Assembly: GCA_009788105.1 (NCBI GenBank) | Contig: WQSD01000001.1 | Location: 1 to 25,956 of the forward strand | Direction: 5' to 3' | Length of the DNA stretch: 25,956 nt | DNA from: Oscillospiraceae bacterium | GTDB lineage: Bacteria > Bacillota > Clostridia > Oscillospirales > CAG-272 | Part shown: piece by piece, positions 8,887 to 18,475 of the stretch | Layout of the letters: every line of letters starts with the position of its first letter | Position numbering within the stretch: the first letter of the stretch is position 1 | Program-made: the position numbers and the translations under genes | Notes under the pieces: generated by a model | What the model was told of the DNA's origin: nothing | The model's database searches: none | The model's input: the letters and a program-made list of their open reading frames with translations, nothing else

Positions 8887-9033
8887 GGCGGTTTCCGAGG
8901 GTTGAGGTTTATGGGTCGTAACTGCACACTTTCGCAAAACCTCTGTGTCGTAGATAGCGATAATGGCGGTGCTATGCGGTTTACGTGTGGGTCGCGGGAG
9001 CAAAAACAAAGAAAAACATTAACAGGAGAGAGC

Positions 9034-9222
9034 ATGAAAAAACAAAAGATTTGCTTAAACGCAGTAATGAAGTTTGACGAGGAGAAAACCAGCAGATACA
9101 GTCATTGCTCTGCTATAATTCACTTTGTCAAGGTTGATGGAGCAAGCTATTCGGTCATGTCAGTTTTTGATGTTAAGGACGAGCATTCGGCGAAAGACAA
9201 GCTGAAATATTTGGTCGGATAG
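9034..9222 (+). CDS. TnpW-family-like transposon-encoded small protein (62 aa)
   Basis: AGGAG upstream of the ATG at 9034. KVDGASYSVMSVF...SAKDKLKYLV resembles the TnpW pattern. Located just before the serine recombinase. Confidence 0.6.
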   Translation: MKKQKICLNAVMKFDEEKTSRYSHCSAIIHFVKVDGASYSVMSVFDVKDEHSAKDKLKYLVG

Positions 9223-9248
9223 TTTGCTGAAAGTTATCAATTTAGTGA

Positions 9249-9277
9249 TAGACTTGCGACTGAATATAGGGTATGAT
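9249..9277 (+). promoter_or_regulatory. Putative sigma-A promoter of recombinase
   Basis: TAGACT-17 nt-TATGAT. Confidence 0.5.
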
Positions 9278-9314
9278 ATAGGCGTATCCTATTCGGTTTG
9301 AATGAAAAAATTGA

Positions 9315-11143
<1,829 letters not shown>

Positions 11144-11219
11144 GGGTGGAATAGGTATAGTGTAGGGGAAAGCAAGAAAAGTACAAACACAAGCCATGGA
11201 AATGGCTTTGTAAAGCCAA

Positions 11220-11250
11220 CCACCCGAAGAAGCTGAGCTTCTTCGGGTGG
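11220..11250. terminator. Perfect 14-bp hairpin between convergent recombinase and jag
   Basis: CCACCCGAAGAAGC-TGA-GCTTCTTCGGGTGG. No clear U-tract. Confidence 0.55.
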
Positions 11251-11255
11251 GGTGG

Positions 11256-11302
11256 GGATTTCTTCGTTAGGGGTAACTCGGTAAAGTCGGGGGGTGTTTT
11301 GT
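11256..11302 (-). repeat. Right terminal inverted repeat / attR candidate
   Basis: GGATTTCTTCGTT (11256-11268) and GTCGGGGGGTGTTTTGT (11286-11302) mirror the left end. Ends 8 bp before the jag stop codon. Confidence 0.85.
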
Positions 11303-11310
11303 TTTCTTCA

Positions 11311-12144
11311 TTATCGTCTGCTGTATCCTCTGCGACCACCGCGGTCGTCTGTGCGAACAGGCTTACCCTCTTCCCCGGCAAGGCAAATCACAATACGACG
11401 ACGGGTGTTTTCTCCAATGGAATAGCTGGAAATCCCATCCATGTCTTGAATCGCAACATGAATTATCCGTCGCTCGTGAGATGGCATAGGCTCAAGAGCC
11501 ACGCTACGCCCATAACGCTGAACTTTATCAGCTGTGCGATGAGCAAGCTCGGTCAATGTGGCTTCTCGCTTGGCACGATAGCCCTCAATGTCAAGGGAAA
11601 TACGATTATACGAGCGACTTTCGTCCTCGCCGCGCTTGTTCGCCGCAAGTGTGGCAAGATACTGCAACGCATCAAGCCCTTCGCCGTGGTAGCCGATAAG
11701 CGCACCGGCGCCTTCCCCGGAAATAGTGATTTTCTTCTCCCGCCCGCAATCCTCAAGGGTGACAGTAGAACTCAGCCCCATATTAGCAATAACTTCCTGC
11801 AAAAATTCCACCGCTTTGTTGCTGTCAAAGCCATCATCGTCGGCAACAGGGCTCGCTTTTGGAGTAGGTTTTGGCTCGGTTTTTGCTTTCGGTGGGGCTT
11901 TTGGAGCAGGAGCAGATTTAGGCTGTGGCGCAGCTTTGGGTGCTGGCTCTGCTGACTTAGCCTCCCCTTTTTCCGGCACGAAAACTCGCACCTGCGCCAT
12001 AGTTTCGCCAAGTCCGAGAAAGCCTTTTTTTGGCTCGGTCAAAACTTCGTATTCTACACGACTTTTGTCCACTCCAAGCTGGGCAATGCCCCGCTCAAGA
12101 GCGGCTTCAATGGTTTTTGCACTAACAATTGTTTCACGTTTCAT
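11311..12144 (-). CDS. jag: Jag/EloR/KhpB RNA-binding protein (Jag_N, KH, R3H; 277 aa)
   Basis: Jag_N MKRETIVSAKTIEAALERG, KH LIGYHGEGLDALQYL, R3H LEPMPSHERRIIH. AGGAG upstream of the ATG at 12144. Follows yidC. Confidence 0.93.
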   Translation of the reverse strand: MKRETIVSAKTIEAALERGIAQLGVDKSRVEYEVLTEPKKGFLGLGETMAQVRVFVPEKGEAKSAEPAPKAAPQPKSAPAPKAPPKAKTEPKPTPKASPVADDDGFDSNKAVEFLQEVIANMGLSSTVTLEDCGREKKITISGEGAGALIGYHGEGLDALQYLATLAANKRGEDESRSYNRISLDIEGYRAKREATLTELAHRTADKVQRYGRSVALEPMPSHERRIIHVAIQDMDGISSYSIGENTRRRIVICLAGEEGKPVRTDDRGGRRGYSRR

Positions 12145-12180
12145 GGTGGTGATTCTCCTGTTTAATTTAAGGCAAGGGGT

Positions 12181-12292
12181 AAGGTCAAGGGCAAAAGATA
12201 GGGTCAAGAGCAGGGTCAAAAGATAGGGTCAAGAGCAAGGTCAAGGGCGTCAGAAACTTTTTTCAAAAAGTTTCCGACACCTTCAAAAACTT
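12181..12292 (+). repeat. Host intergenic palindromic repeat with tandem GGTCAA units
   Basis: GGTCAA occurs five times. 21-bp direct repeat at 12192-12212 and 12217-12237. 12248-12292 matches 24537-24581 at 43/45. Confidence 0.75.
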
Positions 12293-12360
12293 TAGATATA
12301 AACGGCATTGTCATCAAAGGTTTAACAAAACAACCCGTTTAATTATGAATAAAGATACGC

Positions 12361-12396
12361 AAAAAACATTGTCATTGCGGGCTACGACCCGCAATC
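12361..12396 (+). repeat. Short GTCATTGCG-type REP-like palindrome
   Basis: AAAAAACATTGTCATTGCG is identical to 17585-17603. Followed by GCGGG...CCCGC AATC. Confidence 0.6.
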
Positions 12397-12450
12397 TCAT
12401 GGACACAAATGGTGCATTTGAACAAATAATATCTTACCTTATAGTCCGAG

Positions 12451-13752
12451 TTAATCGCCGTTTTCGGTGGAACTATCACCCTCCGCCTTTTTCTGCTTTT
12501 TCGGCGGTGGAGGTGGGGCATCATCTTCGTCTGCGTCAATGTAATGTAGCGACCGTTGCCCCTCCCGCGGACCATGGTTAGCCGGCAGACGGCTGTTTTT
12601 CTCTTTAGTCTTGCCAAGATACTCTTTTTCGGCAGCCTTTAATTCTTCTTCTGTGAATGTGGGCAATGGCTTAATTCTTGCCAGTATCAGGGTAGTTATA
12701 CTTTGCATTATACTACGGAAAATCCAGTAAACACCCATAGATGCCGACCACATAATCGAGAATAAGACCGCCATTGCAGGAGCCATATACTCCATTACTT
12801 TCATTCCAGCACCGCCACCTGGAGTGCCGTCAGCCGGTACTGGGCGATAATTATACTTAGCATTGATACGAGAGAAAACGAAAGAAGTTGCAAATGTTAG
12901 TATAGGTACAAGCAGTAGCCAAGAAATCCAATTGCTTGAGGGTGCAGGTGAAATATCAACTCCAAAAGCGTGGAGATTAGGCAGTCCTGCGTAAGTGATG
13001 TAGTCGCTTAATTGTTCGCTTAATGTGGCACAATATGTTGCCAAGTCAGGATTTATATAATTACGCAAATAGCCAACGATTTGTGCTTGGTCAGCAAGGT
13101 TTCTGCCAGTGTTTTCAAATCCGTGACCAACAATAGCTTGCTGAATGGCAATTAGGGCATCATAGGATATTTGTGAAATGTACAAAAGGGGGTTTCGCAC
13201 AATAGCGAAAAGCGCAATGAAAATTGGCATTTGCAACAGCAAAGGCAAGCACCCGCCAAAAGTTGGAACACCACGTTCTCTTTTTGCATCCATGGTTTCT
13301 TGGTTTCTCTTCATTTGTGTTTCGCGGTCATTGGTTCTGCCTTTGTACTTCTTGTTAATGGCAAGTTCAATTGGGCGAAAACCCGCTTGCTTAATCATGT
13401 TTTTCCGTTGCATAATATCAAAGGGAAGAAGTACAACACTTAATATTATGGTAAAAAGTATCAAGGTAAATAGATAATTTTCCCCTGCCACACGATATAA
13501 CAGTCCAAACAAGTTTCCAAAAACAAACTCGAATATTCCAAGCAGATTAAATCCGTCGTCTGCTGTGGGTGATTGGGCATAGTTCGGGTCAAGGCCTACT
13601 TGGGCATCATTGTTGCCGTTTTCGTTGACGTCGTTTTCGTTGGCGTAATCATTCGCCGCCTCGGCAGACGCAAACACGCCACCAAACCCTGCAAGCAAAA
13701 TCGCCATTGCAAGGGTGAGGATTAAAATTTTAGTAATAGAAAATTTTCTCAT
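12451..13752 (-). CDS. yidC: Membrane protein insertase YidC/Oxa1/SpoIIIJ (433 aa)
   Basis: GGCLPLLLQMPIFIALF motif, TM helices, conserved position after yidD. Confidence 0.93.
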   Translation of the reverse strand: MRKFSITKILILTLAMAILLAGFGGVFASAEAANDYANENDVNENGNNDAQVGLDPNYAQSPTADDGFNLLGIFEFVFGNLFGLLYRVAGENYLFTLILFTIILSVVLLPFDIMQRKNMIKQAGFRPIELAINKKYKGRTNDRETQMKRNQETMDAKRERGVPTFGGCLPLLLQMPIFIALFAIVRNPLLYISQISYDALIAIQQAIVGHGFENTGRNLADQAQIVGYLRNYINPDLATYCATLSEQLSDYITYAGLPNLHAFGVDISPAPSSNWISWLLLVPILTFATSFVFSRINAKYNYRPVPADGTPGGGAGMKVMEYMAPAMAVLFSIMWSASMGVYWIFRSIMQSITTLILARIKPLPTFTEEELKAAEKEYLGKTKEKNSRLPANHGPREGQRSLHYIDADEDDAPPPPPKKQKKAEGDSSTENGD

Positions 13753-14006
13753 TTATTTTTTCTTTTCTTGCTTTTCTTGTGTTTCCTTTGTGGTACAGGG
13801 TCAAAGCCCCCTTTGAACAACGGGTTGCACCGCAACAGCCGCCACAAACCCATCAGCGTACCACAAAATATCCCCCATTCCTCGATTGCCTCGAGGGCAT
13901 ACTGGGAGCAGGTGGGTGCATATCGACAACGGGGAGTCGTGTTTGGCGAGATATACTTGCGGTAAAAGCGGATAGGGGCAGTGTAAATTTTGCGTAAAAG
14001 GCTCAT
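13749..14006 (-). CDS. yidD: Membrane protein insertion efficiency factor
   Basis: CRYAPTCSQYALEAI and LLRCNPLFKGGFDPVP motifs. Confidence 0.95.
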   Translation of the reverse strand: MSLLRKIYTAPIRFYRKYISPNTTPRCRYAPTCSQYALEAIEEWGIFCGTLMGLWRLLRCNPLFKGGFDPVPQRKHKKSKKRKNK

Positions 14007-14401
14007 TCAGCACCCGCCTCTTGCCTGTCGCCAATTAGCTCTAATTTCTTCAGTCCACGAAGTAAATCTCGCGTTACATCAGCGGTTTTGGCTGTTGTCG
14101 CACCTTCACGAGCAGAAATGACGATAAGCATACCGCGCCTGATGCTATATTCAGCATCCAGCTGGCGGTATGCCTCGCGAATAATGCGCTTTACTCGGTT
14201 GCGTGTAGGTGCGTTTCCGATTTTTTTAGTAACAGTAATGCCGATACGATTTATCAACAACTTTTCCGGATGGGCTTTACGCAGTCGCCCCGAGTGCTTG
14301 TCACGTAGGCAATGCACCGAAACGGTGGTGGCATAATGCTTTTTGCCGCCGGAATACACCTTGCCAAACAAGTGATTTTGGTTAATCGGGTGTAATTTCA
14401 C
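14003..14401 (-). CDS. rnpA: Ribonuclease P protein component
   Basis: RIGITVTKKIGNAPTRNRVKRIIRE (RNR motif). GTG start just after rpmH. Confidence 0.93.
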   Translation of the reverse strand: MKLHPINQNHLFGKVYSGGKKHYATTVSVHCLRDKHSGRLRKAHPEKLLINRIGITVTKKIGNAPTRNRVKRIIREAYRQLDAEYSIRRGMLIVISAREGATTAKTADVTRDLLRGLKKLELIGDRQEAGAE

Positions 14402-14402
14402 C

Positions 14403-14537
14403 TTAGTGTGTCAAACGCTCACGACCTTTGTCACGTCTTCTTTTCAGTACGGCACGACCGGAGGCAGTACGCATTCTTTTACGGAAACCGTGTTCCTTTT
14501 TGCGCTTGCGCTTGGTTGGTTGGTATGTTCTAAACAT
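14403..14537 (-). CDS. rpmH: 50S ribosomal protein L34 (44 aa, not in ORF track)
   Basis: Manual translation [44 protein letters not shown]. Confidence 0.96.
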   Translation of the reverse strand: MFRTYQPTKRKRKKEHGFRKRMRTASGRAVLKRRRDKGRERLTH

Positions 14538-14594
14538 TATAATTCACTTCCTTTCATAGACACCTGCACAGGAACTTCCATGCGGGCAAAAGGT

Positions 14595-14623
14595 ATTATA
14601 TCATTTTTTGCACAGCTTGTCAA
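14595..14623 (-). promoter_or_regulatory. Consensus sigma-A promoter of rpmH operon
   Basis: Minus strand TTGACA-17 nt-TATAAT with TG extension. Confidence 0.85.
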
Positions 14624-14639
14624 TAGTATTAGAAAAAAA

Positions 14640-14850
14640 GTTTGATTTTTTTTGAAAAGAGTTTTGAAAGCCTCCGCTTTTGACCTTTTGGCAGTCACGG
14701 GGCAACTGCAAATGTTGCCTCAACCTGAAGAGAAAACCCCCGAAAACTTTGGTACAAAAGCATTTCATGTTTTGTGAAAGAGTTTTTAGTCCAGTTTTTT
14801 GCAAAAAACTGGTCGGGTGTGGGCGGAAAGCCCACGGTCTTGACCTTTTT
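14640..14850 (-). repeat. Host modular palindromic repeat (AAGGTCAAG family)
   Basis: Minus strand AAAAAGGTCAAGACCGTGGGCTTTCCGCCCACACCCGACCAG... aligns with 19824-19940 and 21920-22031. Confidence 0.75.
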
Positions 14851-14909
14851 CTTCAATCACGGAACAATCGCAATTGTTGCCTGTTGACTTGAAAATTGAT
14901 AGAAAAGCC

Positions 14910-14938
14910 TTGACATTTTCGTTATAGCATGATATTAT
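14910..14938 (+). promoter_or_regulatory. Sigma-A promoter of tig operon
   Basis: TTGACA-17 nt-TATTAT with TG extension. Confidence 0.8.
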
Positions 14939-14980
14939 ATAGCGTAGAATAAAGAAAAACATAAGCAAGGAAGCACAAAA

Positions 14981-16270
14981 ATGAAATTCATATCCACAGA
15001 AAAGCTGGAAAAAAGCCAAGTTAAAATCAAATTTGTTATCGAGGCAAAAACATTTAATGCCGAGGTAACAAAACAGTTTGCCAAGCAGGCGAAAAACATT
15101 ACCCTGCCGGGATTCCGCAAAGGGAAAGCCCCCCGCTCGATTATCGAAAAAATGTACGGCAAAGGGGTGTTTTACGATGATGCCCTGAATGCCATTTTGC
15201 CTGACGAGTACGAGGTTGCGTTGAAAGAATCGGGAGTGGACGCCCTTGGCACACGCCCCGCTTTTGACATTGATGAAATCAGCGACGAGGGGGAAGTGAC
15301 GGTGCTTGCTACCCTTGCGGTGAAGCCGGAGATTGCCATCGAGGGCTATAAAGGCATCGAGGCGGCGAAAATCGCACCTGAAATCACCGACGAAATGATT
15401 GATTCGGAAATTGATGCTGTTCGCCAGCGCAATGCCCGCACTATTGACGTGACCGACCGTGCCGCACAGGACGGGGATACTGCCACCATTGACTACAGCG
15501 GTAGCGTTGACGGAGTCAAGTTCGACGGCGGCACAGCCGAGGGGCATGATTTGCGCCTTGGGTCGGGAAGTTTTATTCCCGGTTTTGAAGAGCAAATTAT
15601 TGGCAAGAATATTGGGGACAGCTTTGATGTGAATGTTACTTTCCCCACCGAGTACCACGCGGAAGAGCTTGCAGGGAAAGAGGCGGTGTTCGCCGTGACC
15701 CTTCACGCCATCAAGGAAACCCAACTGCCGGTGTTAGACGACGAGTTTGCCAAAGATGTGTCCACTTTTGACACCTTTGCAGAGTATCGTGCAGATGCGA
15801 CGAAAAAAATTCAGGAACGTGCAGATACTGCCGCCGAGCAAGAGTTTGAGGGCAAACTGATGGATGCCCTTATCGACAAAATCGACGGGGACATTCCGGA
15901 AGACATGATTGAAATGGAAACCGACAACTTTGTCCGCGATTTTGAAACCCGCTTGCGTATGCAGGGCATGGATTTTAAGATGTATATGCAGTTCACCGGT
16001 ATGGACGCAGAGGCACTTCGTGCGGATATGCGCCCACAGGCGGAGCGTCAGGTGAAAGGTCGCCTTGCATTAGAGAAAATCGCTGACCTTGAAAACCTTG
16101 CCGTGGATAAAGATGCAGTCGAGGCTGAATATAACAAGCTCGCCGAGACATATAATATGAGCGTGGACGAGATTAAAGGCATGATTCCCGAAGCTGACCT
16201 TGAGAAAGATTTGCGCGTGAAGCTGGCTGTTGCATTGGTTAAGACAGAAGCGGTCAAAGGCAATGAATAA
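14981..16270 (+). CDS. tig: Trigger factor
   Basis: LPGFRKGKAP ribosome-binding signature and FKBP domain (FIPGFEEQIIG). Confidence 0.97.
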   Translation: MKFISTEKLEKSQVKIKFVIEAKTFNAEVTKQFAKQAKNITLPGFRKGKAPRSIIEKMYGKGVFYDDALNAILPDEYEVALKESGVDALGTRPAFDIDEISDEGEVTVLATLAVKPEIAIEGYKGIEAAKIAPEITDEMIDSEIDAVRQRNARTIDVTDRAAQDGDTATIDYSGSVDGVKFDGGTAEGHDLRLGSGSFIPGFEEQIIGKNIGDSFDVNVTFPTEYHAEELAGKEAVFAVTLHAIKETQLPVLDDEFAKDVSTFDTFAEYRADATKKIQERADTAAEQEFEGKLMDALIDKIDGDIPEDMIEMETDNFVRDFETRLRMQGMDFKMYMQFTGMDAEALRADMRPQAERQVKGRLALEKIADLENLAVDKDAVEAEYNKLAETYNMSVDEIKGMIPEADLEKDLRVKLAVALVKTEAVKGNE

Positions 16271-16285
16271 TGCAGAATGCAAAAT

Positions 16286-16405
16286 GAAGAATTAAGGTCA
16301 AGGGCGCTCCCTCCGACTTGCGGAAAACACCGACTGACACCCCTCCACAGAGGGGAAGGCGGGCGAAAACCGTAGGGAAAGGGCTTGCCCCTGTACGCGG
16401 GCAAA
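16286..16405 (+). repeat. REP-like palindromic segment after tig
   Basis: Starts AAGGTCAAGGG. Hairpin CCCCTC...GAGGGG and a CGTAGGG...GGGCTTGCCCCT REP-like unit. Confidence 0.5.
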
Positions 16406-16412
16406 ATCTAAT

Positions 16413-16439
16413 TAACACCACACCAACGAGGTAAAAACA
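16413..16439 (+). repeat. 27-bp direct repeat, left copy (duplicated clpP RBS region)
   Basis: TAACACCACACCAACGAGGTAAAAACA, identical to 16958-16984. Confidence 0.92.
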
Positions 16440-16515
16440 CGATGAATGTTATAATAATTTTAGTAAAAGCAGGATTCCTCTGCTCTCTAAAATAAACATT
16501 GATTAGGAAATATTC

Positions 16516-16749
16516 ATGTACACAACATACTCTAAACAAGCGGCAAAGTCCATAAGCAAAATCAACAATCCATTCAAACAAAAAATCAAAGAGGCAATTG
16601 AGACGCTCCCAGCAGGCGATGTAAAAAAGTTGCAGGGTTACACTAACACTTACAGGCTTCGAGTTGGAGAATATCGCATACTTTTTGAAATTAGTGAACA
16701 AATTATAGTTTTAGACATTCTCCCAAGAGGGTCTGCTTACAAAAATTGA
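16516..16749 (+). CDS. RelE/ParE-family toxin (77 aa)
   Basis: DVKKLQGYTNTYRLRVGEYRILF and ILPRGSAYK are typical RelE motifs. RBS AGGA. Confidence 0.9.
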   Translation: MYTTYSKQAAKSISKINNPFKQKIKEAIETLPAGDVKKLQGYTNTYRLRVGEYRILFEISEQIIVLDILPRGSAYKN

Positions 16750-16762
16750 AAGGGGCTTTACC

Positions 16763-16960
16763 ATGTCCGCAACAAGACAACAACTGCGAGATATTATTGA
16801 CATTGTAGATTCAAAAGAATTGAATGTTTTATATCAATTGTTAATAAAATTTATTCCCGAGTCACCCCCTCTACCGGATGAAGCAATCGCAATTGCTGAG
16901 GCAAAAGAAGAAATTAGTCGTGGCGAAACAGTTGCCCATGACGAAATTAACTGGAACTAA
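16763..16960 (+). CDS. Putative cognate antitoxin (65 aa, toxin-first order)
   Basis: Small acidic ORF directly after the RelE gene, ending DEAIAIAEAKEEISRGETVAHDEINW. RBS AGGGG. Confidence 0.7.
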   Translation: MSATRQQLRDIIDIVDSKELNVLYQLLIKFIPESPPLPDEAIAIAEAKEEISRGETVAHDEINWN

Positions 16961-16984
16961 CACCACACCAACGAGGTAAAAACA
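16958..16984 (+). repeat. 27-bp direct repeat, right copy (clpP RBS)
   Basis: Identical to 16413-16439. Overlaps the antitoxin stop and contains the GAGG of clpP. Confidence 0.92.
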
Positions 16985-16985
16985 T

Positions 16986-17570
16986 ATGCCATTAGTACCA
17001 ACCGTAATTGAACAAACCAATCGTGGGGAGCGAGCCTACGACATTTATTCTCGCTTGCTCACCGACCGTATCGTCTTTCTGTCTGACCAAGTGAACGACG
17101 TGACCGCATCGCTTATTGTGGCACAGCTCTTGTTCCTTGAGGCGCAGGACGCAGAGAAAGACATTAGCTTTTACATCAACAGCCCCGGCGGGTCGGTTTC
17201 TGCCGGCATGGCAATATACGACACCATGAACTTTATCAAGTGTGATGTGTCAACTATTTGCGTTGGCATGGCGGCAAGCATGGGGGCGTTTTTGCTGTCT
17301 GCTGGGGCAAAGGGCAAGCGTTTCGCCCTGCCTAACAGCGAGATTATGATTCACCAGCCTTTGGGTGGCGCACGAGGACAAGCCAGCGACATTAAGATTC
17401 ACGCCGAGCATATTTTACGCACTCGCGACAAGCTGAACAGCATACTTGCCGAGAATACTGGCAAGAATATAGAAACAATTGCCGCCGACACCGAGCGAGA
17501 TAACTTTATGTCCGCCGACGAGGCTGTTGCCTATGGCTTGGTGGATAAGGTTGTGAGCAAACGGGATTAG
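16986..17570 (+). CDS. clpP: ATP-dependent Clp protease proteolytic subunit
   Basis: [20 protein letters not shown] (catalytic Ser), [17 protein letters not shown]. Confidence 0.98.
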   Translation: MPLVPTVIEQTNRGERAYDIYSRLLTDRIVFLSDQVNDVTASLIVAQLLFLEAQDAEKDISFYINSPGGSVSAGMAIYDTMNFIKCDVSTICVGMAASMGAFLLSAGAKGKRFALPNSEIMIHQPLGGARGQASDIKIHAEHILRTRDKLNSILAENTGKNIETIAADTERDNFMSADEAVAYGLVDKVVSKRD

Positions 17571-17584
17571 GTGGGTGGACACAG

Positions 17585-17740
17585 AAAAAACATTGTCATT
17601 GCGAGGCAATAGTTTGAAGAAAAAGTTAGTAACAACTCTATTGCGGTCGCAATCCAGACCCTGTATTCACTTCGGCGACTGGATTGCTTCGGGCGTATGG
17701 ATTAGCTGTTTCAAAGGTGCATACACGCCCTCGCAATGAC
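17585..17740. repeat. GTCATTGCGAG...CTCGCAATGAC palindromic element (REP/RPE-like)
   Basis: 12-bp terminal inverted repeat at 17595-17606 and 17729-17740. Inner GCAATCCAG/CTGGATTGC stem. Confidence 0.75.
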
Positions 17741-17814
17741 GATACCGTTTCTTTGATTTAAGATTTGAAATCAAGCGGAAATTTTCATTACAACCTTTGA
17801 CAGTCAAGCCCTAT

Positions 17815-17826
17815 ATAAACAGGCGA
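17815..17826 (+). repeat. 12-bp direct repeat, left copy
   Basis: ATAAACAGGCGA, identical to 18464-18475. Confidence 0.75.
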
Positions 17827-17846
17827 CACATTCACAGGAGGACGAT

Positions 17847-18131
17847 ATGCTAAATGACATCAATCAGCAGACTCTGAAAGATGCCGAGGTTGTTTTTAAT
17901 GCCTTGGGCATGAATTTAACTACAGGCATTGAAATTTATTTGACACGAGTTATCCGCTCAGAGGCGATACCGTTCTCTCTTGACGCAACAGACGCTTCTG
18001 AAAAAAGCCTTTTGGAAATTGTGAGAGAAAAAAACATTCCCATTGTTAAACTTGAAGTCAATGAAAAAGGTCAGATTATTGTAGATAAAGACAAACACCC
18101 TGAAATTTATGACTGGGCGGAAAATGGATAA
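17847..18131 (+). CDS. RelB/DinJ-family antitoxin (94 aa)
   Basis: LKDAEVVFNALGMNLTTGIEIYLTRVIRSEAIPFSL is the DinJ-type ribbon-helix-helix pattern. RBS AGGAGG. TAATG overlap with the toxin. Confidence 0.85.
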   Translation: MLNDINQQTLKDAEVVFNALGMNLTTGIEIYLTRVIRSEAIPFSLDATDASEKSLLEIVREKNIPIVKLEVNEKGQIIVDKDKHPEIYDWAENG

Positions 18132-18451
18132 TGAAACCGTATGACATTCACATTGCACTTGTTGAGTGGGACATGGGAGGTAAGCGTCGCCCTGTTTTGA
18201 TTTTGGGAGCCGATGAAACTAATGCAATAGTTTTTCAAATTACCACGCAATACAAAAGCAAAAGCGATACCATTCGAGAAAAATATTTTATTATTTCCGA
18301 TTGGAAGCAGGCTGGACTGCACGCAAAATCATATGTTGACACCAACTCTCCTATCAGCGTGCCGTTTCAGTCGATAGAAAGTGTGCCAATCGGAAAATTG
18401 ACTGAAAAAGATGTGAAAAATTTGCGAGAGTTTTTATTGCGGAATTCCTAA
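18131..18451 (+). CDS. PemK/MazF-family toxin (106 aa)
   Basis: GKRRPVLIL, FQITTQ, DWKQAGLHAKSYVDT and IGKLTEKD motifs. Confidence 0.82.
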   Translation: MKPYDIHIALVEWDMGGKRRPVLILGADETNAIVFQITTQYKSKSDTIREKYFIISDWKQAGLHAKSYVDTNSPISVPFQSIESVPIGKLTEKDVKNLREFLLRNS

Positions 18452-18463
18452 TTTTATCAACTC

Positions 18464-18475
18464 ATAAACAGGCGA
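18464..18475 (+). repeat. 12-bp direct repeat, right copy
   Basis: Identical to 17815-17826. Lies upstream of the clpX RBS. Confidence 0.75.

Noticed and set aside
8902-9033. 106-aa version of the TnpW-like ORF from the track
   Set aside because: The only good RBS (AGGAG) precedes the ATG at 9034. The upstream part overlaps the structured non-coding block.
11261-11275. CTTCGTTAGG resembling the start of an M-box riboswitch
   Set aside because: The rest of the aptamer is absent and the sequence belongs to the right terminal repeat.
12181-12247. Tandem GGTCAA units as a CRISPR array
   Set aside because: Units are too short, there are no unique 30-40 nt spacers, and no cas genes are present.
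14540-14980. oriC, suggested by adjacency to rpmH
   Set aside because: No dnaA and no DnaA-box cluster seen. The region holds two promoters and a repeat.
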